Origin: an uncultured Brachyspira sp.
GTDB taxonomy: Bacteria; Cyanobacteriota; Vampirovibrionia; Gastranaerophilales; Gastranaerophilaceae
Assembly (NCBI GenBank): GCA_900321895.1
Contig: ONYB01000074.1
Location: 1-38,985, forward strand
DNA: 38,985 nt
Direction: 5' to 3'
The notes beneath the pieces were generated by a model. The model saw only the letters and a list, made by a program, of their open reading frames with translations. It was not told the origin of the DNA and made no database searches. The number at the start of each line of letters is the position of its first letter. Position 1 is the first letter of the stretch. Both the position numbers and the translations under genes were made by a program. Below, one piece after another: positions 15,332 through 25,143 of this stretch.

Positions 15332-16327
15332 TTAGTAATTCTCATCATCGTCTGTTGTGCTGTCTAATTGTGTCTGTTCGCTCGTCGCAGGCGGAGTTTC
15401 CTGTGGTTTTTCAGCCGGCGGTGCGGTTCTTACAATAGTTTTTACAGCCGCTTTTGCTTCATTATACTTCGCATTTAATTCTTTATCATCCTCAGATAAG
15501 ATGACTGCTTTATCGAGGTTCAAAAGAGCCTCGTTGTAATCCTTCAACCCCAAATAAGCCATTCCAAGGTACTTGTAAATTTCGGAGTTGCTGATTAAAT
15601 TTGTCAGAGGTTCAAGAATATTTTTTGCCTGTGCATACTGACCTTTTTTGCACAAAATCATGCCCTGCAACAATCTGTACATAACATCATCGTTTAGTGC
15701 TAAAGCTGTCACGATTTCGGTTTCAGCGTCATTGTTTTGACCCATCATAAAGTAGGCTTTCGCTCTGACATAGTAGGCAAAAGCGTCTTGTTGATTGAAG
15801 TACAAAAATTTTGAAATCGGCGGAATTACACCTTCATAATCCCCCATATCGTACCTGCAAAGTGCTATCGCCAAATAGGCTTGCACGAAATCAGGGTTAT
15901 ACTCGAGAGCCGAATTGAACGCAGCAATCGCCATGTTGTAGTTTTTAAGGTCACGATAATATTCGCCCAAAAAGTTGTAAAATAAAAATCCGTTTGAATT
16001 AGCGGCTTTTTTGAGATACTCGAGGGTCAAATTGCTGTCCCCGTTGAATTTTGCAACCATAGCGTTATAAATCGAACTGTTTGTACGAGTTGCGTAAGCC
16101 TTGCGGTCATTGGAATTAAACCTGTTAAGCATAGAGATAATGTCTTTTACCTGAGAGTTATTCGGGTCGATAGATAAAATACGGTTGAAATAATTTATGG
16201 CATGCGGGTAATCACCGATAATACAATAGTTTCGGGCGATATCCATATAATCATCCACCATCTCGTTTGCCACAACAGGAATTGCTGACATCGCAAAAAT
16301 CAAACAGTATAACAACAGTTTCTTCAT
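15332..16327 (-). CDS. TPR-repeat protein with signal peptide
   Basis: Multiple TPR units with a Pro/Thr/Glu-rich acidic tail. Start taken at ATG 16327 (MKKLLLYCLIFAMSAIPVVA), because the ORF-track start at 16375 is GTG. Confidence 0.75.
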   Translation of the reverse strand: MKKLLLYCLIFAMSAIPVVANEMVDDYMDIARNYCIIGDYPHAINYFNRILSIDPNNSQVKDIISMLNRFNSNDRKAYATRTNSSIYNAMVAKFNGDSNLTLEYLKKAANSNGFLFYNFLGEYYRDLKNYNMAIAAFNSALEYNPDFVQAYLAIALCRYDMGDYEGVIPPISKFLYFNQQDAFAYYVRAKAYFMMGQNNDAETEIVTALALNDDVMYRLLQGMILCKKGQYAQAKNILEPLTNLISNSEIYKYLGMAYLGLKDYNEALLNLDKAVILSEDDKELNAKYNEAKAAVKTIVRTAPPAEKPQETPPATSEQTQLDSTTDDDENY

Positions 16328-16486
16328 AATTTTATTGTAGCATAAAAAGCAAGAAAAACACTTGCAAACTTTCACAAAATACTACACTGGAGCATGCTAC
16401 ATCATGTTGCACGAAAACATGGATTATTTGCAAGAGTAAGGCTTTCAAATTTAGAGCACTACGTTTTTCTTCACAACACACAGGTT

Positions 16487-16720
16487 AATAGGTGAATAAG
16501 TAAATTCGCCCTGCGGGCTCGTGAATAAGTTCAAATCGGGTGCTATGCACCAAAACTACTTTTGAGCGTAGCGAACGATAAGAACTTATTAGCAGCCCGA
16601 GCAGAGGCATGAGCGGAGCGAAAGGTGAGCAAGAATCAACGGAAACGTTGAGTTTTCGTTGTGATTGCGAACGGTGCCGTTTTATGCGAGGGCGTATTTA
16701 CTTCGTCACTTATTCACTTC
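16487..16720. repeat. Structured interspersed intergenic repeat, copy B
   Basis: The core at 16524-16590 matches 5955-6020. The left arm (16503-16532) is the reverse complement of copy A's right arm (6012-6046). It also contains tcaacg-GAAA-cgttga (a GNRA-capped hairpin) and a second AGCGGAGCGAAA motif. Confidence 0.7.
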
Positions 16721-16764
16721 TCAAAGATGGAAACCTTCCGCTCGTTCCAGCCAAAAACCCTTCA

Positions 16765-17718
16765 CTAGCTTTCAATCAGCAAACTTGCACCGATGACGCC
16801 TGCGGTGTTACCGAGTTGAGCAGGAACTACTTCTACAGCTTCGCCTGCGATTTTCATTGCACGCTTTTTGAGTGTTTCTTTTAACGGTGTCATCAAAATC
16901 TCTCCTGCGTCTGCTACTCCGCCACCCACAATGATTTTTTCAGGGTTAAGAAGGTTTACGACACTTGCCATGCCTATTCCGATGTATTCACCCATAATTG
17001 TGAAAATTCTTTTCGCTACAGGGTCACCTGCTTTTGCAGCTTCGCAAACAATATACGGTGTAATCGGGTTGCTATTTGCCATTTCACGGAATTTTGTAGA
17101 TTTTCCGCCTCTAATGTAGTCTTCTGCCATTGCAACAATAGATGGCCCCGATGCAAATGCTTCCAAACATCCGGTATCTCCGCAACCGCAAATCGGGCCG
17201 TCATTCATTTGAAGTTTGATGTGTCCGATTTCGCCTGCCGCATTTGATGCTCCACGAACAAGTTTGCCGTTTACAATTAATCCCGAGCCGATACCTGTTC
17301 CGACGGTGATACAAATTAAGTTTTCACAGCCTTTGCCCGCACCGAAATTCAATTCGCCGAGTGCCGCACATCTTACGTCATTATCAACTCGTGTCGGAAT
17401 ATGAAATTCATCTTCAATAAGTTTTGCAATCGGAACATCAACCCACCCAGGGATGTTCGGTGCAAGTCTTACGATACCCGACTTGTAGTCAACTTGCCCA
17501 GGAAAACCAAACCCGATACCTTCAATATTTTTTGGTTCAAGTTTTGTTTCTTTAAGCAAATCGTAGATTGCCTGTTTAATATTATTTACAGTATATTCGT
17601 AACCCATTTCCGCACGCGTCGGAACAGAATTTGAATATTTAATCTTTCCCTTTTCGTCAACAAGTGCGATTTTTACGTTTGTACCGCCAACATCTATACC
17701 AATTCTGTTTTTTCCCAT
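16765..17718 (-). CDS. ROK-family sugar kinase (glucokinase-like)
   Basis: Contains the GIDVGGTN ATP-binding start, the Zn motif CGCGDTGCLE and GEIGH. A GGGAG SD lies upstream. Confidence 0.88.
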   Translation of the reverse strand: MGKNRIGIDVGGTNVKIALVDEKGKIKYSNSVPTRAEMGYEYTVNNIKQAIYDLLKETKLEPKNIEGIGFGFPGQVDYKSGIVRLAPNIPGWVDVPIAKLIEDEFHIPTRVDNDVRCAALGELNFGAGKGCENLICITVGTGIGSGLIVNGKLVRGASNAAGEIGHIKLQMNDGPICGCGDTGCLEAFASGPSIVAMAEDYIRGGKSTKFREMANSNPITPYIVCEAAKAGDPVAKRIFTIMGEYIGIGMASVVNLLNPEKIIVGGGVADAGEILMTPLKETLKKRAMKIAGEAVEVVPAQLGNTAGVIGASLLIES

Positions 17719-17826
17719 TTTTTAGCTCCCTTTTTTAATAATATTATTATAATATGACAAACAAAAATTTATGAAAAGATGTTTTTGTGCTATTATTTTC
17801 TTACGGAATTTAAAGGATAAGAAGTG

Positions 17827-18567
17827 ATGATGACCGAAAATAAAGAGCAAGAAATTATTAATATAGTAAAAAATACTGATTTAAAGCATATCGCAGTGAT
17901 TATGGACGGCAACAGACGTTGGGCGAAAGAGAAAAATCTTCCGTCTGCATTCGGACACAAAAAAGGTGTTGATGCACTCAAAACCGTTATGTATGCCTGC
18001 GACGATTTCGGGATAAAATATTTGACCGTTTACGCATTTTCTACCGAAAACTGGAACAGAAAAAAAGAAGAAGTTGATTTTTTGATGAACCTTCTTGCGG
18101 AAACGATTAAAAACGAATTGCAAGAAATGCACGAACACGGCGTTGTAATTAACTTTATCGGCGATTTGACAAAGTTGAGCGACAAGTTGCAAAAAATTCT
18201 TGCAAATGCGGTAGAAGTGACAAAAAATAATTCGGGTGTTCATCTTCAAATCGCATTCAACTACGGTTCTCGAGATGAAATTGTTCATGCAGTAAAAAAT
18301 ATCGCCCAAAAAGTTAAGTCCGGCAAACTAGACACGGAAGAAATTACGGAGGATATAATCGCAGAAAACCTCTACACAAAAGACATTCCCGACCCTGATT
18401 TGTTAATCAGAACAGGTGGCGAGATGAGAATTTCTAATTATCTTTTGTGGCAAATCGCATACTCTGAACTGTTAGTTACCAAAAGATACTGGCCTGAATT
18501 TGACAAAAATGCACTCGCTGAGGCTGTTTTGGAATTTAACAATAGGCAAAGACGTTATGGAAAGTAG
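17827..18567 (+). CDS. uppS: Undecaprenyl (isoprenyl) diphosphate synthase
   Basis: Contains HIAVIMDGNRRWA, YLTVYAFSTENW.R, and RTGGE.R.SN.LLWQ.AY.E. ATG 17827 is preferred over GTG 17824. Confidence 0.93.
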   Translation: MMTENKEQEIINIVKNTDLKHIAVIMDGNRRWAKEKNLPSAFGHKKGVDALKTVMYACDDFGIKYLTVYAFSTENWNRKKEEVDFLMNLLAETIKNELQEMHEHGVVINFIGDLTKLSDKLQKILANAVEVTKNNSGVHLQIAFNYGSRDEIVHAVKNIAQKVKSGKLDTEEITEDIIAENLYTKDIPDPDLLIRTGGEMRISNYLLWQIAYSELLVTKRYWPEFDKNALAEAVLEFNNRQRRYGK

Positions 18568-18574
18568 TTTGTTT

Positions 18575-19144
18575 ATGAAAATAGTTTTTGCAACGGGAAA
18601 TCCACACAAGTTAAAAGAAATTAAAGAAATCGCAGGGGATACGGATATTACGTTTGTCTTGCCAGCAAAGGGTTTTAATCCTGTTGAGAACGGCAAAACT
18701 TTTGAAGAAAATTCTCTAATTAAAGCAAGAGAGGCTGCAAGAGTTTCTCAAAGTCTTGCATTAGCTGATGATTCAGGATTGTGCGTTGAGGCTTTAGGCG
18801 GTGAACCGGGGATTTATTCCGCTCGGTATGCCGAAACTCCTCAAAAACGTATTGATAAGCTGCTTTCTGCTATTAAGCCGTTTGAAAATCGTAAAGCAAA
18901 ATTCGTCTGTGCGATGACTCTTGTAAATGAAAATGGGGATAAAATTTTTTCTGCAATCGGTGAATGTCACGGCAAAATTGCGTGGCAACAAGCAGGTTGC
19001 GGCGGGTTTGGTTATGATCCGATATTTATTGCAGACGGGCAGGACAAAACTATCGCAGAACTTTCGCAAGACGAAAAAAATTTAATTTCGCACAGGGGTA
19101 AAGCATTACGAAAAGTGCTCAAATGGCTAGGCGAAAATTATTAG
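18575..19144 (+). CDS. rdgB: Non-canonical purine NTP pyrophosphatase (RdgB/HAM1 family)
   Basis: Starts MKIVFATGNPHKLKEI and contains DDSGL.V.AL.G.PG..SARY and GFGYDPIF. The start is taken at ATG 18575, 8 nt after the uppS stop. Confidence 0.92.
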   Translation: MKIVFATGNPHKLKEIKEIAGDTDITFVLPAKGFNPVENGKTFEENSLIKAREAARVSQSLALADDSGLCVEALGGEPGIYSARYAETPQKRIDKLLSAIKPFENRKAKFVCAMTLVNENGDKIFSAIGECHGKIAWQQAGCGGFGYDPIFIADGQDKTIAELSQDEKNLISHRGKALRKVLKWLGENY

Positions 19145-19166
19145 CCACCTTACCTATAGGGATTTG

Positions 19167-19195
19167 TTGACATCAAAATTTCGTTATTATAAAAT
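19167..19195 (+). promoter_or_regulatory. Near-consensus sigma70 promoter of the RND efflux operon
   Basis: TTGACA (19167-19172), 17-nt spacer, TAAAAT (19190-19195). Confidence 0.6.
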
Positions 19196-19265
19196 TGTGT
19201 TGCGAATACAACAGAGGGGCTTTTTGTGCCTTTTTTTTATAAAACCACAAATCAGGGGAGCAACA

Positions 19266-20420
19266 ATGAAAAAAAATATTATAATTCTTGTCTTAATCGT
19301 AGTAGCAGCATTACTTTTCAGGTACGGATTTTCCGTATACGACAGAGTAATGCAAACAAAAGCAATGAGAAACAAGAAAGCACCTGAGGTTACGGTTGCA
19401 GACATTCAAGAAGCTGAAATCATCAGGAGTTTTGAAGCTCCGGGGCGTGTGGTTTCAAAATATCAGGTAAACGTAATGGCACGTATCGCAGGATATTTGC
19501 AAAAAAGTTACTTCAAGGAAGGTGATTTTGTAAAAGCGGGTCAAACCCTTTTCCAGATTGAACCTCAAGAGTTTTCAAACGCATCAAACGTTGCAAAAGC
19601 AGATGTTGAAAACACAAGAGCTCAGTTAGTTTACGCAGAAAAACAACTTGCTCGTGCCAAAGAACTTGTCGCAAAAGATTACATCGCAAAATCTCAATAT
19701 GACAACCTTTTGGCACAACGTGACGCCTTGAGAGCCCAACTTGCGTCCGCTCAAGCAAGATACAACGACAGCAACAGAAATCTCGGTTACACACACGTAA
19801 AAGCTCCTGTTGACGGCAGAATAGGTATTATTACCGTAACTCTCGGAAACTACGTTTCCCCGTCATCTGGTGCATTGACCACAATTAACAGTACAAACCC
19901 GATTTATGTGACTTTCCCGCTTGATAGTGATGATTTTGATGCACTTTCGATGGCTGACGGAAGCAACAATATTAACAGAAAAACAGAAATTTACTTCTCA
20001 AACGGACAAAAATACCCGCTGAACGGTGTCCAAGATTTTCACGATAACAAAATTGATCAAGCAACGGGTACGGTCACGATGAGAGCCACTTTCCAAAACC
20101 CGAATAACCAGTTATTACACGGCGAATTTGTCACCGTTAAATTATATTCTAACAAGCCTGTCAAAACTCCTGTAGTTCCGCAGACAGCAGTTCAGGAAAA
20201 TCAAGCAGGCAAATATGTTTACAAAATTGACGACAAAGGTTTGCCACAACTTACTTACATCAAAATCGGAGCACAAAACGGCACAAGCTGGATTGTTAAT
20301 GAAGGCTTAAAAGCAGGTGACAGAGTAGTTATTGACGGTATTCAAAAAGTTGTTCCGGGGCAGCCTGTAACAATCAAAACCACAATAGACGCAACTCCTG
20401 CTACTGCCACTCAAAAATAA
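19266..20420 (+). CDS. RND efflux periplasmic adaptor (membrane fusion protein, HlyD/AcrA family)
   Basis: Start at ATG 19266 behind GGGGAG, with a signal/anchor. It has coiled-coil and barrel-sandwich features (V.AR..GY......F.EGD.VKAGQ.LF.I). Confidence 0.9.
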   Translation: MKKNIIILVLIVVAALLFRYGFSVYDRVMQTKAMRNKKAPEVTVADIQEAEIIRSFEAPGRVVSKYQVNVMARIAGYLQKSYFKEGDFVKAGQTLFQIEPQEFSNASNVAKADVENTRAQLVYAEKQLARAKELVAKDYIAKSQYDNLLAQRDALRAQLASAQARYNDSNRNLGYTHVKAPVDGRIGIITVTLGNYVSPSSGALTTINSTNPIYVTFPLDSDDFDALSMADGSNNINRKTEIYFSNGQKYPLNGVQDFHDNKIDQATGTVTMRATFQNPNNQLLHGEFVTVKLYSNKPVKTPVVPQTAVQENQAGKYVYKIDDKGLPQLTYIKIGAQNGTSWIVNEGLKAGDRVVIDGIQKVVPGQPVTIKTTIDATPATATQK

Positions 20421-20484
20421 TAAATTTCCCCGCAACATATCAAGGGAAAACTCGCTTTTTACACAATAATTAGGGATATTAAAA

Positions 20485-23400
20485 ATGTCAGAAAATTCAG
20501 GAAATATATTTATCAAACGACCAAAACTCGCAATCGTTATTTCGCTTGTCATAATGCTTGCTGGTATGTTAATGATTACGACGTTACCATTGGAGGAATA
20601 CCCGTCAATCACACCTCCGCAGGTTGTAGTCAGTGCAACTTATGCCGGTGCGAGTTCGGACGTAATCGAATCAACAATCGCTGCACCTGTTGAAGCACAG
20701 TTGAACGGTGTTGAAGACATGATTTATATGTCCTCAACTTCCCGTAACGGTTCTTACGAATTGACCCTTTATTTTAACATCGGAACAGACCCTGATATGG
20801 CGGTCGTAAACGTTCAAAACAAACTTCAACTCGTACAACCGAGATTGCCGGAGGAAGTTAAAAGATACGGTATGACCGTTCAAAAGACCACGGGTGGTCC
20901 GGGGTTGGTAATGATTTCCATAAATTCCCCGAGCAACACTTACGACTCCTTATACATCGCAAACTACGCATCTATTTATATTAAAGATGAACTTGCACGT
21001 ATCAAGGGTGTAGGTAAAGTTTCGGTATTCGGTTCTTCCGACTATTCAATGAGGGTTTGGCTTGATGCGACAAAAATGGCAAACTTAGGGGTTTCCGTAA
21101 GCGAAGTCAATGCCGCAATTCAGGCTCAAAACATTCAAGCACCTGCAGGCGATTTGGGTGTTGAACCTATGGTCAACAAGCAGTTGATTAAGTTGACCTT
21201 GAGAACAAAAGGTCGTTTGCAAACTCCTGAAGAATTTGAAAATATTATCGTTCGTTCAAAACCTGACGGCTCACAAATCAGGATTAAAGATATCGGACGA
21301 GTTGAACTCGGGGCGGAAAGTTACTCATACTTTTCTCGTATCGGCGGAAAGCAATCCGCAATCATTTCTGTAGCACAGTTGCCGGAAGCAAACGCTATCG
21401 ACCTTTCTAATAAAATTCAGAAAAAAATGGCTGAATTAAGCAAAGGTTTTCCGCAAGGTATCGAGTACAAAATTCAACGTGATGAAACTGAATTTGTTCG
21501 AGAATCAATCAAAGAAGTTATCAACGCAATCGGACTTGCGGTAATTTTGGTAGGTATCGTAACTTATTTATTCTTGGGAAGTGCTCGTGCGGCATTAATT
21601 CCGTTCTGTGCAATCCCTGTATCATTAATCGGTGTATTTATATTTATGAATATGCTCGGATTTTCAATAAACCTTTTGATTTTGTTTGCGTTGGTACTTG
21701 CGGTAGGTTTGGTTGTTGACGATGCTATCGTTGTTTTGGAGAACACTCAACGACACATTCAAGAAGGCAAAGCCCCTCGAGAAGCAACTGAAGTTACAAT
21801 GAATGAAGTTTTTGGTGCTGTTGTCGCAACTTCGTTGGTTTTAATGGCGGTATTTGTTCCTGTTTCGTTTATGTCAGGTATCACGGGGCAAATGTTCAGA
21901 CAATTCGCACTTTGTATTGCTTCATCAATCGGTTTGTCAACCGTCGTAGCACTTTCGCTCGCTCCTGCGTTATGTTCAATGATTTTGAAATCGGGTGATG
22001 AGCACAGTGATTTCAAATTTATTCAAGATTTTGACGAATGGTTTAACAACGTCAGAGATAAATATCTTGAAGGGGCAAAAGTTTTCATCAATTCGCCAAA
22101 ACTCACAATGACCGTGTTTGCGGTAATTGTTGTATCTATTATCGGGTTATTTAAACTTGTTCCGACAGGATTTTTGCCTGTAGAAGATAAAGGTGCGATA
22201 TTTACTCAAATTCAGCTCCCTGACGGGTCTTCGGCATCAAGAACAGACTTGGTTGCAAACGAAATTGAAGAACAACTTTTGAAAATTCCGGGGATTAAAA
22301 ACACCATTACAATGGTAGGTTTTTCCGGTGAAAACACTGCCTTTATCGTATCAGAGCTTGACGATTGGTCAAAACGTAAATCAAAAGATTTGCAAATGAC
22401 ATCAATTTTGTCTAAAATTCAAAAAATGTTTGCAAATTATCCGTCTGCGACAATCGCTTCTTTCTCTCCGCCTTCAATTTCAGGTTTGGGTATGTTCGGC
22501 GGTTTCGAGTTCCAACTCTTGGATAAAGGAGACAGAACCCCGCAACAACTTTACGAGGAAGCTGTAAAACTTATGCAAACCGCAAACAAAGACCCGCATT
22601 TTTCTATGGTTTATTCTTCGTATACGGCAAACCTTCCGCAATTAATGATTGATGTTGACGCACCGAAGGCAATGGCACAAGGAGTTCAAATCACGGAAAT
22701 CTACAACGCTTTGGCGGCATACTTCGGTAAATCTTACGTAAACGACTTCAACAAGTACGGACGTGTTTATCGTGTGTATTTGCAGGCTGACGCACCATAT
22801 CGTGAAAAACAAGCGGATTTGGATAAAATTTTTGTTAAAAATAATAGTGGCACAATGGTTCCGTTGTCGGCGGTCGTAAAAATTAAAAATATGGTTGGGC
22901 CGTATAGTTTGACAAGATTTAATATGTATCCTGCGATTACCATTAACGGTATGGCAAGAAACGGTATCAGTTCAGGTCAGGCAATGAGTGCTATGTCTGA
23001 TATCGCAGATAAAAATCTTCCGAAAGATATGGGCTATGCGTGGTCAGGAAGTTCTCTTCAAGAGCAAAATTCAAGCGGACAAATCGGCCCTATTTTGGCA
23101 ATGTCGCTTGTGTTTATTTATTTGTTCTTGGTAGGCTTGTACGAAAGCTGGATGTTACCGATTGCCGTAATGCTTATTTCGCCGGTCGCCTTAATCGGTG
23201 CACTCTTCTTCCAATACGTTGCGGGCTACTCGCTTGATATCTATTCTCAAATCGGTTTGGTTATGTTAATCGGGTTGAGTACAAAACAGGCAATTTTGAT
23301 TATTGAGTTTGCAAAAGACGCACACGAAAAAGGTATGGCGATTAAAGACGCCGCTCTGCAAGCCGCAAAATTGAGGTTCAGAGCGGTAATGATGACAAAT

Positions 23401-23607
23401 ATTGCTTTCATCTTGGGCTTGTTACCGTTGGTATTTGCAACAGGTGCAGGTGCTGCCAGCCGTCACTCCGTAGGTATGACAGTATTTGGCGGTATGATTG
23501 CGGTTGCGTTTGTCGGAACTTTCCTCGTTCCTGCTTTCTATGTTATGATTGAGGAATTCAAAATCCGCACAGCAAAATATATAAAAGAAAAAAGGGCTAA
23601 AAAATAA
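20485..23607 (+). CDS. RND multidrug efflux permease (AcrB/HAE1 family)
   Basis: 1040 aa with 12-TM architecture. N-terminus is FIKRPKLAIVISL. Conserved blocks include GLVVDDAIVV.EN. Confidence 0.95.
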   Translation: MSENSGNIFIKRPKLAIVISLVIMLAGMLMITTLPLEEYPSITPPQVVVSATYAGASSDVIESTIAAPVEAQLNGVEDMIYMSSTSRNGSYELTLYFNIGTDPDMAVVNVQNKLQLVQPRLPEEVKRYGMTVQKTTGGPGLVMISINSPSNTYDSLYIANYASIYIKDELARIKGVGKVSVFGSSDYSMRVWLDATKMANLGVSVSEVNAAIQAQNIQAPAGDLGVEPMVNKQLIKLTLRTKGRLQTPEEFENIIVRSKPDGSQIRIKDIGRVELGAESYSYFSRIGGKQSAIISVAQLPEANAIDLSNKIQKKMAELSKGFPQGIEYKIQRDETEFVRESIKEVINAIGLAVILVGIVTYLFLGSARAALIPFCAIPVSLIGVFIFMNMLGFSINLLILFALVLAVGLVVDDAIVVLENTQRHIQEGKAPREATEVTMNEVFGAVVATSLVLMAVFVPVSFMSGITGQMFRQFALCIASSIGLSTVVALSLAPALCSMILKSGDEHSDFKFIQDFDEWFNNVRDKYLEGAKVFINSPKLTMTVFAVIVVSIIGLFKLVPTGFLPVEDKGAIFTQIQLPDGSSASRTDLVANEIEEQLLKIPGIKNTITMVGFSGENTAFIVSELDDWSKRKSKDLQMTSILSKIQKMFANYPSATIASFSPPSISGLGMFGGFEFQLLDKGDRTPQQLYEEAVKLMQTANKDPHFSMVYSSYTANLPQLMIDVDAPKAMAQGVQITEIYNALAAYFGKSYVNDFNKYGRVYRVYLQADAPYREKQADLDKIFVKNNSGTMVPLSAVVKIKNMVGPYSLTRFNMYPAITINGMARNGISSGQAMSAMSDIADKNLPKDMGYAWSGSSLQEQNSSGQIGPILAMSLVFIYLFLVGLYESWMLPIAVMLISPVALIGALFFQYVAGYSLDIYSQIGLVMLIGLSTKQAILIIEFAKDAHEKGMAIKDAALQAAKLRFRAVMMTNIAFILGLLPLVFATGAGAASRHSVGMTVFGGMIAVAFVGTFLVPAFYVMIEEFKIRTAKYIKEKRAKK

Positions 23608-25055
23608 TGTATAAAAAACTTTTGGCATTAATATTACTTATAAATTTGGTGCAAATCCCTGTGTTTGCAGACAGTATCGGGAATAATATTAACGAAAAAG
23701 AATATCCTGATGCGAATTCGGTTTTGCCGAATCAAAACGGCGAAAGTATTGTTATTGAGGGTTCTGTTGAAAAAAATATTGAGATGAACCTCGAACGCTG
23801 TATTGAAATCGCACTCGGCAACAACCCGCAAATTAATGCAGCATTTCAGGATATTTTGGCATCTGACGCCCGTATCAAACAGGTTTGGTCAAATTATTTT
23901 CCGCAAATCAGTTGGCAAACAGGTTACACAAAAATTAAGCAGTTGCAGTTGTCCGACGCCTTGGGTAAAAATTTAACTTTCAATTATTATATCTTGGGTC
24001 AGGTCACTCTTCAACAAATGCTCTACGATTTTGGTGTAACTCAAAATCAGGCAACTATCAAACGTTTGGATTACGAGAACTACAAACAAGCTCTTACGAG
24101 CACAATCAATGACGTTATCTATCAGACAAAAGACGCATACTACAACCTGCTTTTTGCAATGGAAAGCAAACGAGTTGCAGAAGATACAGTTCACAAATTT
24201 GAAATGTTCTACGATCAGGCAAAAGCCTTCTACAAAATCGGTATGAATCCGAAAGTCGATGTTACTATTGCGGAAGCTAATTTAAGTAATTCTAAATTAC
24301 AACTTATTCAGGCTGATAATGCCGTTAACCTTGCAATAGCAAAGTTGAACAACGTCATGGGTGTACCGTTTATCGACAAATACACCGTTCAAGAAAGGCT
24401 TGACTACATCCCTGTCGATATAACTTTGGAAAAAAGTGTTGATATAGCACGAGAGGCAAGACCGGAACTTAAGCAAGCTGAAATAAAGGTAGAATCAGCA
24501 AAACAAACCCTTAAATTGGTTAAAAAGTCTTACTTTCCAACACTTTCTGTTGAAGGACAATACCAACGAGGTGGTAAAAGTTGGAACAGCAACTACGGTT
24601 ACAACATCGGCGGATATTTGAACTTTCCGACGGTAAACGGTATGTTGGTCAGAAACGAAATTAAGGAAGCAAGATATCTTTATGACAAAGAAATCGCCAA
24701 CGCAACAACAACCCAAAATGCAATATATTTGGAAATTCAAAATGCGTTTTTACTCTTGACCGAAAAGAAAAATCAAATTCCTGTAGCACTTTTGCAGGTT
24801 AAGCAGGCTAAGGAAAACTACGAACTTTCTTATGGCAGATACCGTGTAGGCGAGGCAAGCCCAACCGAGCTGAAAGATTCGCAAATTCTATACCAACAAG
24901 CTCAACTCAGCTACTACAACGCACTTTATCAGTATAATTCCGCAAAAGCTGCACTTGAAAAGGCTATCGGCAAAAACATAATTACGGAAGAAGATGCAAT
25001 CGAGTTGAAACAAGCTGATGACAAGGGTTCTAAAGGTAATGTAAACAAATCGTAA
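23607..25055 (+). CDS. TolC-like outer membrane efflux protein
   Basis: 482 aa with a signal peptide and two OEP-type repeats (L.L..C...AL.NNP). It is coupled to the pump gene by a TAATG overlap. Confidence 0.9.
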   Translation: MYKKLLALILLINLVQIPVFADSIGNNINEKEYPDANSVLPNQNGESIVIEGSVEKNIEMNLERCIEIALGNNPQINAAFQDILASDARIKQVWSNYFPQISWQTGYTKIKQLQLSDALGKNLTFNYYILGQVTLQQMLYDFGVTQNQATIKRLDYENYKQALTSTINDVIYQTKDAYYNLLFAMESKRVAEDTVHKFEMFYDQAKAFYKIGMNPKVDVTIAEANLSNSKLQLIQADNAVNLAIAKLNNVMGVPFIDKYTVQERLDYIPVDITLEKSVDIAREARPELKQAEIKVESAKQTLKLVKKSYFPTLSVEGQYQRGGKSWNSNYGYNIGGYLNFPTVNGMLVRNEIKEARYLYDKEIANATTTQNAIYLEIQNAFLLLTEKKNQIPVALLQVKQAKENYELSYGRYRVGEASPTELKDSQILYQQAQLSYYNALYQYNSAKAALEKAIGKNIITEEDAIELKQADDKGSKGNVNKS

Positions 25056-25143
25056 CATTTATAAAACAAAAAAGGCAATTTTTTCTTGATTGTTTACTTT
25101 ATATATATGTAAGATATAAAGAGAGAAGAAAGAGAGCCAATAA

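Noticed and set aside
16609-16884. 91-aa plus-strand ORF across repeat copy B and into the ROK kinase 3' end
   Set aside because: It overlaps the kinase on the opposite strand. It begins inside the repeat, has no SD, and its sequence is Cys/Phe-rich junk.
17730-17760. AT-rich palindromic stretch aataatattattataatatg as a dif/Xer-like site
   Set aside because: I could not match it to the 11-6-11 XerC/D consensus by eye. It sits in a divergent promoter region, where TATAAT-like sequence is expected.
19196-19265. Possible transcription attenuator (hairpin plus T8) in the RND operon leader
   Set aside because: The only stem preceding the T8 run (aggggc/gtgcct) has a central G-G mismatch and just 2-3 contiguous GC pairs. 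That is too weak to call a terminator. The gttg-cgaata-caac hairpin is only 4 bp.
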